In this document: piece after piece, positions 43,075 through 56,740 of the stretch
Numbering within the stretch: position 1 is the first letter of the stretch
Layout: each line of letters begins with the position of its first letter
Position numbers and translations under genes: made by a program
Notes under the pieces: model-generated
The model's input: the letters and a program-made list of their open reading frames with translations, nothing else
The model's database searches: none
What the model was told of the DNA's origin: nothing
Origin: Octopus vulgaris
Lineage: Eukaryota
Length of the DNA stretch: 64,000 nucleotides
NCBI GenBank assembly: GCA_951406725.2
Contig: OX597814.1
Location: forward strand, 41,974,001 to 42,038,000
Reading direction: 5' to 3'

Positions 43075-43420
43075 TCGACCAAAGTTTGGTCCAAGCCATG
43101 TCTAGCTAAATAGCACCACTTGATAAGATTATCTAAATCCTTTTTAAGTCGAGTTTTGTTTATGATCCGATCAAGAAGTGAGTTATTATTGAGTGAGCAG
43201 TATCCTGGTATGGGTGGCTTATCTGATATTCCTTGAAAAAAACAATCCATACTTCATTAAAGAGTGGTGGGATCCTTTTCCACTTTAATCAGTTTTGAGT
43301 CAATGTTAAACAGGGCAGGGCCTGTTGAGGAAAAGAAATTATATCACAGTGTACCTATATGTTATGATCCTGAATTAGGTAGGGGACGTATGTCCCGTGG
43401 TCCAAGCCTTCGATGAACCT
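43075..43420 (-). mobile_element. CR1/L2-group LINE 3' end
   Basis: Minus strand: YNFFSSTGPALFNIDSKLIKVEKDP...MDCFFQGISDKPPIPGYCSLNNNSLLD, a typical CR1-group ORF2 C-terminus (GPxLFNxLP..FKxxLDxFL..PD.P). Confidence 0.75.
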
Positions 43421-43455
43421 TGAAACTAATGTTCATATATATATATATATATATA

Positions 43456-43490
<35 letters not shown>

Positions 43491-43514
43491 ATATATGTAT
43501 CAATGTATGTATCT

Positions 43515-43558
<44 letters not shown>

Positions 43559-44336
43559 GTGTGTGTACGTGTGTGTGTGTGTTTTCGTGTGCTTGTGTGT
43601 GTGTGTGATTGTGTGTGTGTGTGATTGTGTGTGTGTGTGTCTGTGGTAAAATAAGGATTCAGATAGAATCAGGTACTTGAAAAGATAAGAAACAGGTAAG
43701 CTTGGATATACCTGTGATTCCGGCCTATTGTTGATATGTATCAAATAAGATATTCCGGTTTTGTACACAGTGAAAACCAATCCCATGTATATTCACCGCC
43801 TAGGGGCTAGTCCAAATCATGCGTTACGTTGAATAGTACTCTAGATGTGTCCGACAATTAAATCTAGTTTTACTCTATGGTGTCCGACAAGTACTAAATC
43901 CCCTTAACGTGTCATAATCAAATGAAGCATAACAGACAATTGATAATTATCAGCTCATTACAAAGAACCGTACTCATCAGATGAAACGTAATTTTACAAA
44001 CAAGAGAATATATCAATACTACAGCAGGGATGTGGCTGAAATCTGCGGAGGACAAATATGAGATGTTAGAATGAGTATCAAAATCGGCCGTTGAGGCTAA
44101 AAATATTGTTTTTGAAAGTGTGAGATATGATATGCAATGTCAGCGACCCGTGTGAGATAGAAGTCTGCTAGATTAATTTTTAGGTAGGCTGGAGTGAGAT
44201 GTAGGTGATATTTTATTGTAGCAAACTTAGAGCAATGGGAACCTAGGTGAAATCATATTAAGGATGAACTATTACGCCATCATAACGTTTGATCGCGTAC
44301 TCGAAATACAGCTCTCAACTATTATAAAATATTGGG

Positions 44337-44710
44337 TGCAGTTATTTATACAAAGCAGCTTGCCCCATTTTTGGTTCTTTCCTAGACGTAAAAGTGGTTT
44401 ACAAATGTGATAATGTAACTCAGACAAATACTTATACTTATATCGGCTCCTCCGACAGCTGAAGGGGCTCTTACGTAACTACTATGCTTCCTTTAATTGA
44501 AGACATAGGGATGGAAGAACGTCTCTAGCCACGAAGATATGGGAGCTCAAATACGACAATGTTAAATTCTGTTTCAGTCGAGACATCATTACGGTCGCTC
44601 AACCGTACTTAAACTGTGAAAACGGGTGCAGACTTCGCTGTATGGAGCTCTTTGGAAGAATTTTAAAAGTTTTAAAGAGATTAAATAATGAAAATTTAAT
44701 AAATAATGAG
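44337..44710 (+). mobile_element. Penelope-like element GIY-YIG endonuclease fossil
   Basis: CSYLYKAACPIFGSFLDVKVVYKC..TYTYIGSS (VVY 44394, YIG 44439), then NYYASFN..TSLATKIWELK..DIITVAQPY..CRLRCME..IL; matches the PLE GIY-YIG consensus with its upstream Cys cluster; stops and frameshift present. Confidence 0.85.
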
Positions 44711-45329
44711 TTATACTTTCACTAATAATTCACACTGCATTACTAACGGAAACTCTCGATTTTGTTGCACAAATGCTTTGTAACCTTTATCTCTTCCTTT
44801 TATGTCACTATTATAACGGCATATGCTCCTTGGGGACTCTTGGTCTCGCATGTGAACAATTCGGTCCTGCATGTCGCACAATCTAGGTGCAACACATTCT
44901 TTTCTAACTCATTAACCACTGTAACACCTCCTTTCCGATAATATTGAACGTCTTGAATATCTACTCGACTCATGTCTTACCTGCATGTTTTGTCCCAACA
45001 GATGCAGGCATCAAGCTCCGCACATGAGGCTACTTTAGTCTCATCAGTATCGGAATTCCGTCAAGTGACATAGGAGTTTCTATACGCTTCAGTCTCAACT
45101 AATAAAGACACACACACGACGCGCTCGCAATGCAAACACACATTATGTGTGTGTGTACGTGTGTGTCTGTGTGTTTGTCTATGTGCGTGTGTATGTGTAT
45201 GGAAGCTGTATAGACAATTTAGTTGTTAGTGACTTAAATTTTATAACATTTTGCATGCAAACCATGGATGTAACCCAGAAAATACGGCTTTCAATGAAAT
45301 AAATTTTTCGTCAAGTTGTATTGGAGAAT

Positions 45330-46120
45330 TTAAAATGCAACGAAGCAGTGGGAGGGGTTGTGAATGTGTACGCAAAGCGTTCCAGAAAACTTAGAACATA
45401 GACGAGCACCACAGTGTCAGAAAGTGTTTTATAAACCTGTTGTCAGAGTACAAGAAAATCCATGCCCTAAGCTTCATGCACCCATTGCCCTTTGAAGCAT
45501 CGTCATTGGAAAATTTACATTTCAACAAAAATCCACGCTCTTACTTTCGGAGATCAGGTTTGCTGGGCAGAATGTTGTAAGTGGTTGTCGGCAAAATAAG
45601 TAAAGATTCAAACTTTCAAGCAAGAAGTGTTGCGAGTGATGTGTATACATGTAATTCTAATAGCTCGGTTAATGCCCTAAGGAATATCTTGTTAATTTAC
45701 CTACAATTATTGTATAGAACGATTTATCATCAAAACAGTATACTGGACAACTCATATGAGTGATCCCATTTACTTCAAATTGCTGCGAGTATCTATCATG
45801 CGAAGAAGTCAAGAGGATTTTGAAGATTTGGAGTTGTATTTTCAACATGTATCGGCATTACAGCACCATAGTAATGTAACAGGTTACATAAATGAAATTT
45901 GGATGTAGAGGCGGTGTGGCCGGAGCAGTTCAGTAGAATGCGCTATACATTCATAGAACTAGAAAACACTAAACACAGAATAAGTAAACGCCGCATTGAG
46001 GACAAGCATTGAAAAAGAATGTGCATAAATACTGAACGAAGTGTTCCTTGATGTTTACAAGTCTATCACTCCGCGCCGTCTACAGTGTCAGGACAGGAAG
46101 TGTCTTTAGTTTGAAGTTAG
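45330..46120 (+). mobile_element. Tc1/mariner-superfamily (Tc3-like) transposase fossil
   Basis: Fragments ECCKWL..SD, LELYFQHVSALQH (compare FQQDGAPPH), RRCGRSSSVE (compare RWIGRxGxxxWP), RTSIEKECA*ILNEVFLDVYKSI, RLQCQDRKCL*FE. Confidence 0.65.
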
Positions 46121-47705
46121 GCTTTCGTAGAAAATTGAAATTTTTTTGAAGATTCTTTTAAAATTTGTAAGCGAAATGCACTGTAATAAATTCTGACTTT
46201 ATAAGTATTTAATGTCGTACGATGTTTTTGGGACTCTCCACACTGTCACACACTTAAATGCATTCGTGCAGAGACATACACACATATGTAGTATATATGT
46301 ATAGGTGTATATAGAAATATATATATTCATACAAATTATATATATGTATATATACATACAAACATACAAACATATATGTGTGTGTGCGCGTATGTGTGTA
46401 CTTATATATGCTAACATATGCATATACATATAAACACACATGTACGTATACATACATGCATTCTTAAATACACATTAAAACTCATATAGATATAAATATA
46501 TCAGTATACTTATTAATCTGTGTGTATGCATGTATGCGTGTATTGTGCGCTCACGTATCTATATTAGTATTTCATATGTGAGATAAAACATGATGTTCAA
46601 ATTCAGAAAATTTGCAGTTTCCCTTTCAATATTTTTGTCTAACTTCACAGAGATATATGTAGTATCGATTTATGGTTTTCTTTCATTCGAATGTAAGATG
46701 CATTATTTTATCCATTAAAGTTTCTGGTTATTGTTACTGACTACATTACTCAACCCATTTCCCATCACAAACTGTGCGAAACGAAGACGAACACGCAGTT
46801 ATATTTTATATACAGCAGAAATGTAAATTTACGCTTATTATTATGTTTTCGTGGCATACTATAAATGTAGCAGGTTGTACAGTACGAGTTTGGATGAGTA
46901 TAATTTGCACACACAAACTCACACACAAACACACACTCATATGAACACGCCCGTACACACACATACACACACTCACATGTATATGTACACGCATGGACAA
47001 ACATAGACGTGCGTATAGAGGAGTTTATGTACAAGTGTATACACATACATACACACATACATATAGATACAAAATATACGAAGAACAGCTTAGAATATCG
47101 ATATGTTTTTAGCAAATGCACATCAAGTGCTTATACTATCAAACGGCACATAACAATCGAATACGACCGCCCGTATTAAGAACTGCCAACATATTGATTG
47201 AATAATCTTGCCAAAATATGTTTGTTTTTCCTTTCTCCAGAAATAAAAAAAAGATATGGATTATAAAACACGTATTCTGATATAATATTTTAGCATTAAA
47301 TTACTCTGAGATACTTGTCTGCAAAGGAAATATATTTGGGTTTCTTATTTACATCTGCTATCTTAGTATATTAGTCTTATTTATTTTATTCTGTATCACG
47401 AATCTTAATTATTTAATGTAATCATATTTAAATACACACACACGTGTATATATATATATATGTATATGTAATATATATACATATATATATTCAGACAAAT
47501 GATATATATATGTATATATATATACAAACATAAATACATATGTGTGTGTGTGTGTACTTATGTATGCTCACATATAAATATACATATAAACACACATGTA
47601 AGTATACATACATGCATGCTTACACACATTAAAACTCTTGATATAAATATATCAGTATACTTAATAATATTGGTGCCTTGTACCATTTATCTACTTTTAT
47701 ATATA

Positions 47706-47764
<59 letters not shown>

Positions 47765-48193
47765 GACATTCCAATAATTCTACCAATTCGACCCTTACTC
47801 ATACATATACATGACAAATCTAAAAGAAAAAGAAAACCCATTCAGCATTTAAGACAAAAAAAGAAGCAAAACTTCAACCGATACTCTCTAAAAAATGCCT
47901 TATTATTCCTTCAAGAAAGTTTCCATGTTTTCTATAAACACCGATATAGATTTACTCAGTCAGCAAATATACACGACCAATAATTTATGGTACGTAATAC
48001 ATATTGTTTACGTTCTCAACTGCAGAAATACACTGAAATCAAACGATACATCATCTTCGACATAAAAGAAACGTACTCGACGAGTTGTTCCCTTTTCTCT
48101 GTTATTCCAGATGAAGGATTATAAATGTATATGTATACACACACACACATATATATGCATGTATGTATGTATATATATGTATGTATATATGTG

Positions 48194-48247
<54 letters not shown>

Positions 48248-48270
48248 TGTGTGTGTGTGTGTGTGTGTGT

Positions 48271-48630
48271 ATAAATTGACAAAATGTGATAAAAAATACC
48301 TGGCTGAGAATAGTTTTCAAACGATTTATAATGGAAGGTCTTACAGCTGTTACCAGGATATTTCTCGCATCAACGACTGTGCGAGAAAATGTTTCAGTAA
48401 TGATTATTGTAGAGACGATATGAAATACAGAGGGAAGTGAAAGAATGAAGATAGAAGTGAGATGCATAAGGAACTGCAAATATAATATCCTTATGCATCT
48501 CACTTCTATTTTCATTCCTTCACTTCCATCTGTGTTTCATATCTTCTCTAAAATAATTATTATTTAAATATATTCTCGCACCGTCTCTGATGAAGGAATA
48601 TATGAAATATACCGGAAACAGTTGTAAGCC
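48271..48630. mobile_element. Penelope-type inverted pseudo-LTR (long fold-back) with a minimal hammerhead-ribozyme core
   Basis: Arms 48340-48472 and 48488-48628 with a 15-nt loop; the inner 22 bp are perfect. The right arm contains gtct-CTGATGA-agg..cc-g-GAAAC-agtt-GTA-ag. A related copy lies at 59440-59645. Confidence 0.75.
48583..48630 (+). ncRNA. Minimal type I hammerhead ribozyme motif (partly degenerate)
   Basis: CUGAUGA (48587-48593), imperfect stem II, GAAAC (48615-48619), short stem III, GUA cleavage triplet (48624-48626). The opposite arm retains the palindromic acagctgt followed by a-agac, which complements the gtct of stem I. Confidence 0.6.
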
Positions 48631-49614
48631 AAGGTAAAAAATGCCAAAATAGTTGTATCATATAAAACATTTTCGTACCGGTTTCAGTCATTGATACTTT
48701 CTCAACTCTAAGTATGGAAAACGATTAAATTTTGGAAAAATTAAATTAAAACTTTAAAAAAATATTTGCATGGTATTCAAATAAAAGGAGCATTTTCTGT
48801 GTTTCTGCTTGTCCTTGTCTCTCATTTTTACTCTAAAAAAGTTCTAAAAACATGTTGGATAAACAATAGCGACCTGTGTAAAATGAAGATAATTGACATC
48901 AAAAAGAGATTAATATTCCGGCGTGAATACGTTCTCTTATTTGTGAGATTGATGTACATAACCACAACCAATATGTACAACGCTGAAATGATACTCATTC
49001 ATGGATTGTGAAATGCATAGCAAGGTAGAATATAAGCAAAAACTAATGGAAATTGAATGATAGTATAGGATAAAATATTTTACAAGTAAGTATTGTAGCT
49101 GAAAGATATATAAGTACACGTATCATTATAAAATATGACAACGATTATTCCCTATATAATACTTGCAATGATACGCTGGGAACTTTTGAATACATGTTAA
49201 ACAGTTTGTATGTTCATAATTATATATGTATACTGAGTTATACTCTTAACTGTGTTCCTGTGTGAACAACTTAAAGGATGCTTCTGAAAAATGAATAACT
49301 AATGCATCGACGAATACAGAGACGTAACAGAAGAAATAGACAGCGTTATTAGATAGAATGCTCATCATCTGCTATACAGCAGTCATTCCAGACATATCAG
49401 ATTTAATGGCTTTTGAGAGCATATTGAAGAAAATCCAGGAGAGGTAAGATTACATTTGTTAGTTTCAGTTTTCAATACTATTCAAAAATATCTAACTTAA
49501 AATCCATTAAGGAAATGAGAAAAAATGATGAAGAAGAAAGCATGAAAAAAGAGCATTAGACAATGCATCAGAATATAATGAATGGCACAAAAACAAAGGC
49601 ATAACAAATTATAT

Positions 49615-49704
49615 GTGTGTGTCTGTGTGTATACATACATTTATATATATATATACATATGTATATATATATATATATATACATATGTATATATATATAT
49701 ATAC

Positions 49705-49745
<41 letters not shown>

Positions 49746-49790
49746 TGCGTATGTATATGTATATATATATATATATATATATGAATATGC

Positions 49791-49825
<35 letters not shown>

Positions 49826-49963
49826 TATGTATATATATATACATATATACGTACATACATGTATATATAAACATATATATATATATACATATATATGTGT
49901 ACATATATATATATATAAATACGTATATATATATATATACATATGCATACATACATACACACA

Positions 49964-50040
<77 letters not shown>

Positions 50041-50052
50041 TATATATATACG
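49615..50052. repeat. Long compound (TA)/(CA) microsatellite
   Basis: Direct observation. Confidence 0.96.
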
Positions 50053-50589
50053 TATTTATACACGTGAAAGTGCATACACGGAGAATACATGTATCACATA
50101 AATTCAACTTTTGAAAGGTGTACTGAAATATCAGAACGTAAAAAGGAAAAGAGAAAATAGAACTTTCGTGTTGCCAAATGTGCGGTGAGAATAGAATAAT
50201 TAACAAGCTTTTGTAAAAACCGATAATCCATATTGAAATGACATTGTTTCATTGGGAAGATATTTATCAATTTAGTTCAATCCACCTTCTCTTTAAATTT
50301 ATGATTGCCTTTCGGTTAGTTGTGGGCGAAATCTGAGATATCTCCCCCTATGTTAAGGACTAGAAGCTTATTAAAATGTGTTTACTTCTCCATGGTTAAG
50401 CATAACTGCGCTCTTTCTTTCGTATACATACGTATTCGAGTGTGATTTTGCTTCTATTATTATGTACGGTTCACTACAGAAATACCATAGACATATCAAG
50501 TAACTGGCAAAGTATCTGAAGAACTAGTTGTTATATTAGTTGGACTCAGATTTGGTCTTATTCCTGGTAAAAATTACGTAAATAGCGGA

Positions 50590-50775
50590 TTACTACCTGT
50601 AACCTTAGGTATCCGCAAGTTCTCAACGGTCTTCCCAGTTCTTTGAACACTCCTTTTTAATCCTTGCTGTCCCTAAGAGACAAACTTGCTGTAGAAGCTC
50701 CACTGGACATACTATTTCAATCTCTTTCAGCCATTTGTCTATATATTTGATTATTGTTTCCAAAGCAGATTATTG
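50590..50775 (-). mobile_element. R4/Dong-like LINE 3' end
   Basis: Minus strand: ISALETIIKYIDKWLKEIEIVCPVELLQQVCLLGTARI (RLE C-terminus, compare the element at 1-870). Confidence 0.8.
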
Positions 50776-51204
50776 TTTTTGAGTGTATGCCATAAATGTG
50801 ACACAGGAGTAAAATATACGAAGCTCAGTATACACATCATGACTACCTGTCGGATAAAGTTACACAAGGGGCATGCATCACAACTACATGTGCACGACAT
50901 AGTGATCTCATATCATGAAAAACAGCACATGACCTTCAAGGTGGGGGATAGGTTACAATTTTCTTCAGTGAGAGTAGCCCATCCTTCACGAAGTTCCATG
51001 AATAAGAGTATTTTAAGGATGTTAAATAAAACGCCCAAGTTTCCAGAGTTGAATTATCGAAACCCTAAACTACTCTCAACACGTGGCTATGATGCTCCCC
51101 AACTACTTCTGCTCGTGATCAGAGAAGCTCATATCGTCATCCATTAAGGGACATCTCAGCTGGATAAACTCAAAAAATCTGACATACAAATCTGTGGTAT
51201 TTTC

Positions 51205-51460
51205 TCTTTATCAGAGGTTTTGTTGCAGCTCCTGGAGTCTTGCATGCGTGACTGGCTTACTAGCTGCAGCTTACGGTACCACGCTATCCGTTCTTTTCAG
51301 CTATATAAAGCTCTCTCGATTTGGACGTGCCAAGGAGGCAAACTTTTGTAACAGTTTTCTGGGCACTCTACTCCAATTTCCTTTATATTCCTCTTCATGT
51401 TTTTTGATATTGCTCCCAAGACCCAACAAAAATATTCACCTTTTCCCATTGCCGGGCTAT
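51205..51460 (-). mobile_element. R4/Dong-like LINE 3' end with 3' UTR
   Basis: Minus strand: VLGAISKNMKRNIKEIGVECP..KVCLLGTS; same motif as 50590-50775. Confidence 0.7.
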
Positions 51461-51479
51461 TTCGTATAATATGGTGAAG

Positions 51480-51830
51480 TGTATGTCGACAAATCTCTAT
51501 ACGGCTACGTTTATAAACTTCGTTAAGTTCCGCACAGACTTTACGGAAGCGAAGCATGTCGTGGATAGTTTACAGAGATCATACCATTTATCGACGGTCG
51601 TTTGTCTGTGCGCCAGTGCCTTCGCCGGAGTTTGTTGAATCTTCAAGTAAATGATAAATATTGACTGGTGTCTTGCTCCTTCTTCGTGTTTCACGCTTCT
51701 CCTGCCTTTTTTGAAATTCTCGATCTACTCATACACTTCAGCGTGGTAGAGTGCGGTCCCCGTATTGTAAAGAAATCCTCAGCCCCTTACGCAGAGAAAT
51801 TGTATCGTTGAACTGCGCATGCAAAAGTAA
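51480..51830 (-). mobile_element. Mariner transposase N-terminal (HTH) fossil
   Basis: Minus strand: QYGDRTLPR..VYE*IENFKKGRRSVKHEEGARHQS..ALAHRQTTVD..IHDMLRFRKVCA (compare LGFRKVCARWVP). Confidence 0.8.
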
Positions 51831-52995
51831 GAAAATTTATTTCAAGTTACAACCATCCGTCTACATAACAAAGAAATACTATAACGTTTATGCTAATTAT
51901 ATACAGTGTTGGCTGCTCAGGGTATAGAACATTTTCATTGTAAGTTTAACTAAACTTTTTATAAGCGGTAAAATTACCTTCAAACCACAATAACGTCTTA
52001 AGTTAAGTATATACCAGAAATAATACTGGATGTACACGTGAGTATAAATATTTCTAAAGATATGAGTGCAGTATCACATACCTGTAGGAATACGCCAGTG
52101 TGACAACACGTTGGAAATACCAGATGGCACATTCTTATGTCTGCTGTGAATATATAACACTTAAATGTGAGGGCCCGTAGCAATGATGTATAGTGAGGAA
52201 AATTGATTAAATTTGGTGGAGAAAATACGAAAGATTGTTCATGAAAAAGGAAAATGGATATCATTGACCTATCCACATTCCCCACTCGCCAATGATATTT
52301 CCTTGTTAATTCGTGTTATGAATAAAATCAGGAGACAAAGAAAACTACAATAGACTTTCTAAAGTCAGAGCTAATTGCATTCACCTAAACCATATTTGTT
52401 AATACCTTTACAATGTTAATGCTAGTGCCAATATTTAGAACACTAGATTGGAGACTTGAAAATTCGTTATATTAATATTAACTCTGTAGCGATTGTAAAC
52501 GATACAGGAAGCTTTCATATCAACTGTAACAATGACAGGCTCTTTATTAAACAGTGAGATGAATGCAGAAGCATAAAGTAGATTCAAACGATCTTCGAGT
52601 GTCGCATCCTTTACTAAATAATAATGAGTGTAATTTACAGCAAAACTAACACAACTTTTAGTAGATAACTCAACAATAGGTACACAAAGAGTACAGCCGT
52701 TCCTGTGCACTAATTAAAGCTAGACTAACATAATGAAGAAAAGCATAACTTGGCAGAATTGTATCAGCGAATACATATTCTACAATTCTAGAATACCAAC
52801 ACGTATCGCATGAATAATAATTACGTCAGTGATAGATATCTTTTTTTCAGTAACTATATGATCAATAAATTATACAAATACCCCCCACTTCTTTCATTCT
52901 ACCTTTCTTTGTTTTTATATTTATCCAATAAACACATTCACAACCAACCACACATTACTATGTCTATCCAACTTTAAATAATGATATTGAAATAT

Positions 52996-53042
<47 letters not shown>

Positions 53043-54025
53043 GAAGCCTCGCTTTCATCAAAAGTTGTGCGGTGTCGAGAGGTACATATAAAATTGCTTA
53101 GCTCAGCACCAACGTGAAACATGGAGGAAATAACAGTTCGAAGCATAACTCTTCAACTCTTTTGATTACTGTACGAGATAAAGTGAGAAAGAACGAGACA
53201 GACAGACAGACATATAGACAGAGAGGTAGATAAATAGATCAATCGATCGATCGATAAAGATAAAATTGGAAGAGCTAGTTTTAGAAAAACATGTCACAGA
53301 AATTTCAGTAATATTCGCATCATATTTTCATATCTTTATTCACCTCGATATGAAGAATAACTCTGAATATAATTTATAATGATAATACTAAACGTCACGG
53401 CAAGCTCTGTTACCTGTTTTAGGTTTTTAGAATATGAAATATTTTAATGGATATCTATATTATTTTACATAGTTTAGGTTATATAATACACGCTATATCA
53501 TCCACACTATGAATTGTAGCCTTCCCACTCTATCTGGTATTAAGAACTCTTCGTTCAATACCTCTCGCAAATTGCTGACACAAAATAAGTGAAAAGGAAT
53601 TGTAAATTAAATAAAACTATTACTAAGCATTAAGGAGTAAATAGAAGAGTGGTAAGAAGGGAATATTCACAGTTGAATTGACCTTCTTTTGTGGTGTCAT
53701 CTATTATAGACAACAGTAGAAATACTTTTGAATAATAACTTATCTTCTTTTCGTTTAGGATCTCAACTGATATTGAAATACAATTATAAGTCTTCTTTAT
53801 TATTAAGTAGCGCGTGCAGCGCATGAATATAAGCGAAAATTAAATTGAACCCCATTAATAAAATCTGAAAAACAAATCGCTCTTCATAAGCACCATCCTA
53901 AAGCAGATTTCCAATCATCATGCCTGTCGGAGTTCAAACAAAATTCATTACATCAAAAAATAATATTGGGCTTTAACAGATAAACAATGAAACACGCGCA
54001 TACGCTAACACGTATAAATGCATTA

Positions 54026-54054
54026 TACACACACACGCACGCAAACATACATAC

Positions 54055-54143
<89 letters not shown>

Positions 54144-54150
54144 CATACAT
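54026..54150. repeat. (CA)n-(TA)n compound microsatellite
   Basis: Direct observation. Confidence 0.95.
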
Positions 54151-55949
54151 AGAAGTATCAAAGCTTCTGCGTATAATTGTATATGCGAGTTTATTGTTTG
54201 TGAAAGTGATTATTATACAATGGTATATTTCAACCTGAAATAATGTAAGGACACTTCAATATTATTGCACATATATGTGAATGGATCTCAGCATGATATA
54301 CGTCTTCAAACGCATTTTACGCTGCACTGCATGTTAACATGTGTCACTAAAATAGGTCATCTGAATACAGTATTACCATGGGAGCGGAAATCAGTTATGA
54401 AAATTAAAAAGCATGTGAAAATTGTTGTATTGTTGCCTCACGGGAAGTTTGTTTAATCTTGTGAGATGCTATATTTATGTGACTTAAATGATATGAAATA
54501 ATAATGAACGGAGTGAAGACGGGGAAACGAAGAACGCATTGAAAACATCAAAAGCAAATATACACAGACATTTGGGGTGAAAAATGAAAATAAAATGAAT
54601 GCCTGAATTTGCTTTCAAGATATGCTAGTGATACCCTCCCTTATTATTACATTTTTACTTTTTTCCTAATAAAATTCTTTCTTGATTGAATCTTCCAGAA
54701 GAAATATTCGAGAAACAGCCACGTTAAAAAAACATTGGATGTATTGTATTATAATCAAACAAAACGAAACAAATTTAAAGAAATCATTTCAAGATAGAAA
54801 TAAAATGGATGAAAAAAAAAGGACAACAAACAGCATGAATAACAACAATATATTTATTCCTGTATATATTGAAAATGGAAGTCGTTTTCATTGTTTTGGT
54901 TTTTATAAATACATTTCGTTTTCTTATTATTTCTATAAATGTTGTATACCTTTACTTTTTCAGAAAATAACTTAATCTCGTTTACTTTTTATTTCTGCTT
55001 TTTTTTTTCAATTAGTTTCGATTTTCTTTAACGTTCTTCAGAATTCGTGACTCTTAAGAAATATGTGATTGGTTATCTGTTATTTTCTATATATTTATTG
55101 ATTACCTGTACTATCTAGATTTTTTTCCTCCTTTCGTCTTGAATTGAAGCTTTAAAATATCGGCTATAATTCACAATAATGACAAATTTATTAAACAAAG
55201 AAAGAAATAAAAAGATGCTTTGGCGTATCTAAAGAGGGGTCCTTTTTTAACAATTTGATTTTCACTTTATATCATTTTCTATCATATTTTGCTACTTCAA
55301 AATATTATCTCGTTACGTAGATAGATTTCTATAAATATGTATGCTGGTCCCGAGATATTGCCAATTTTATTAAATAGCACACACACTATATCTACATAAG
55401 TATATGCACACACGTATATACGCACACATATATACATATATATATGTGTGTACATATCTATATATATATATATAAATTGAAGTATATATTCTCTCTCTCT
55501 CTCGCTCTCTCTCAATATATATATATAGAGAGAGAGAAGGAGAGAGAGAAAGGAGAAGGAAGAAAGGGAGGAGGATAGTAATTGAGGGTGGATATATATA
55601 TTTTGAAATTGCTTTATCGAAGATAAGGCAGTGTTCCAAGACACTTTTTTCATAGATCATGTTCATGTTTTATATGTAGTTGATTTCTGTTCAATGTTGA
55701 ACTGAAACATTACTGTTTCAAATCCTTCTAAGCCTCTAAATCAGAGTTGGTGTCCAAATGCCATGATAGAAATTCCTAATTAATTTTACATCCTATGTAG
55801 GATTTAAGATAGCAAGAAGAATTTGTTGAGAATAGTTATGGGTGACGTGATGCGAACTCATCAGAGGAACTCGAAACAATATGTAACCTAGTTTTCTAGG
55901 AAGATGCAAAGGTTTTCTTCGTCGGGGTTGCAGACTGATGAAAAAGATG

Positions 55950-56740
55950 ATATATATGTGCGGCTAACAACTGTCAAAAGAGAACATCAGCGTGTAACTA
56001 CAAACACAAGAAAAACTGCATCAGCAAAATCAAGAACAGAAGATAGGAAAGGAAATTTATAAGCCTCGCCTGTGGCAATTTCACCACCTTTCGATCACAG
56101 AACTATAACAGAACACCCTTCTATAAACCCGCAAAATAACACTGAGCTGCCCTATTCAGCTGTAATACAGGAACGGTGATACAGCAACACGTAAGGATCT
56201 ATATCAGTGTTCTGAGCTTTTCACCTCCAATGCTTCGTCGCGCACTAAAGAAAGGTAAGCAAAAACAAAATAAAATTTTAAAAAGATATTCCTCCTAAAT
56301 AGCAAAATCTAAGATCCGTCCGGAAAAGTTAGCCTACTTTTCAAACATCTAGCATTTCACATTACCTCCACAAACATGATTAGCACATGCACAAAACCGC
56401 CAGCGACATGTTAAAACACGCCACCAATACACAAACCAAAAACAGCAGCAACAAACGCAAACAAAACCAAGAAAACGATAACTAAAAAAAGATAACAGCT
56501 GCAAAAATTCAAGCAACAAAAAACAAGGGCATCTGCTTAATCCACAATGCACATCTAATGTTCAATATTATAGATAATTTAGACAGAGTTACGGACCAAA
56601 CGACATTAAAGACGTATATAAAAAAACAGGGATAGGATTACCAAATCTGAAGCAAGAGTAACCCACCATAAATAGATATTGATATCAAATGTCAGCAAAA
56701 GATTACTGGGACACTTACCAAGAATGGCAAAAATGAGTAA
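55950..56740 (+). mobile_element. Possible decayed 5'/N-terminal region of a non-LTR element
   Basis: Strongly A/C-skewed island, with weak motif echoes of 871-1560 (YISVL.., DILLNSKI). Confidence 0.3.

Noticed and set aside
45039-45047. CTGATGA words (minus strand here; also about 5168 and 43975)
   Set aside because: No correctly spaced stem II plus GAAA and NUH, so not called as hammerheads.
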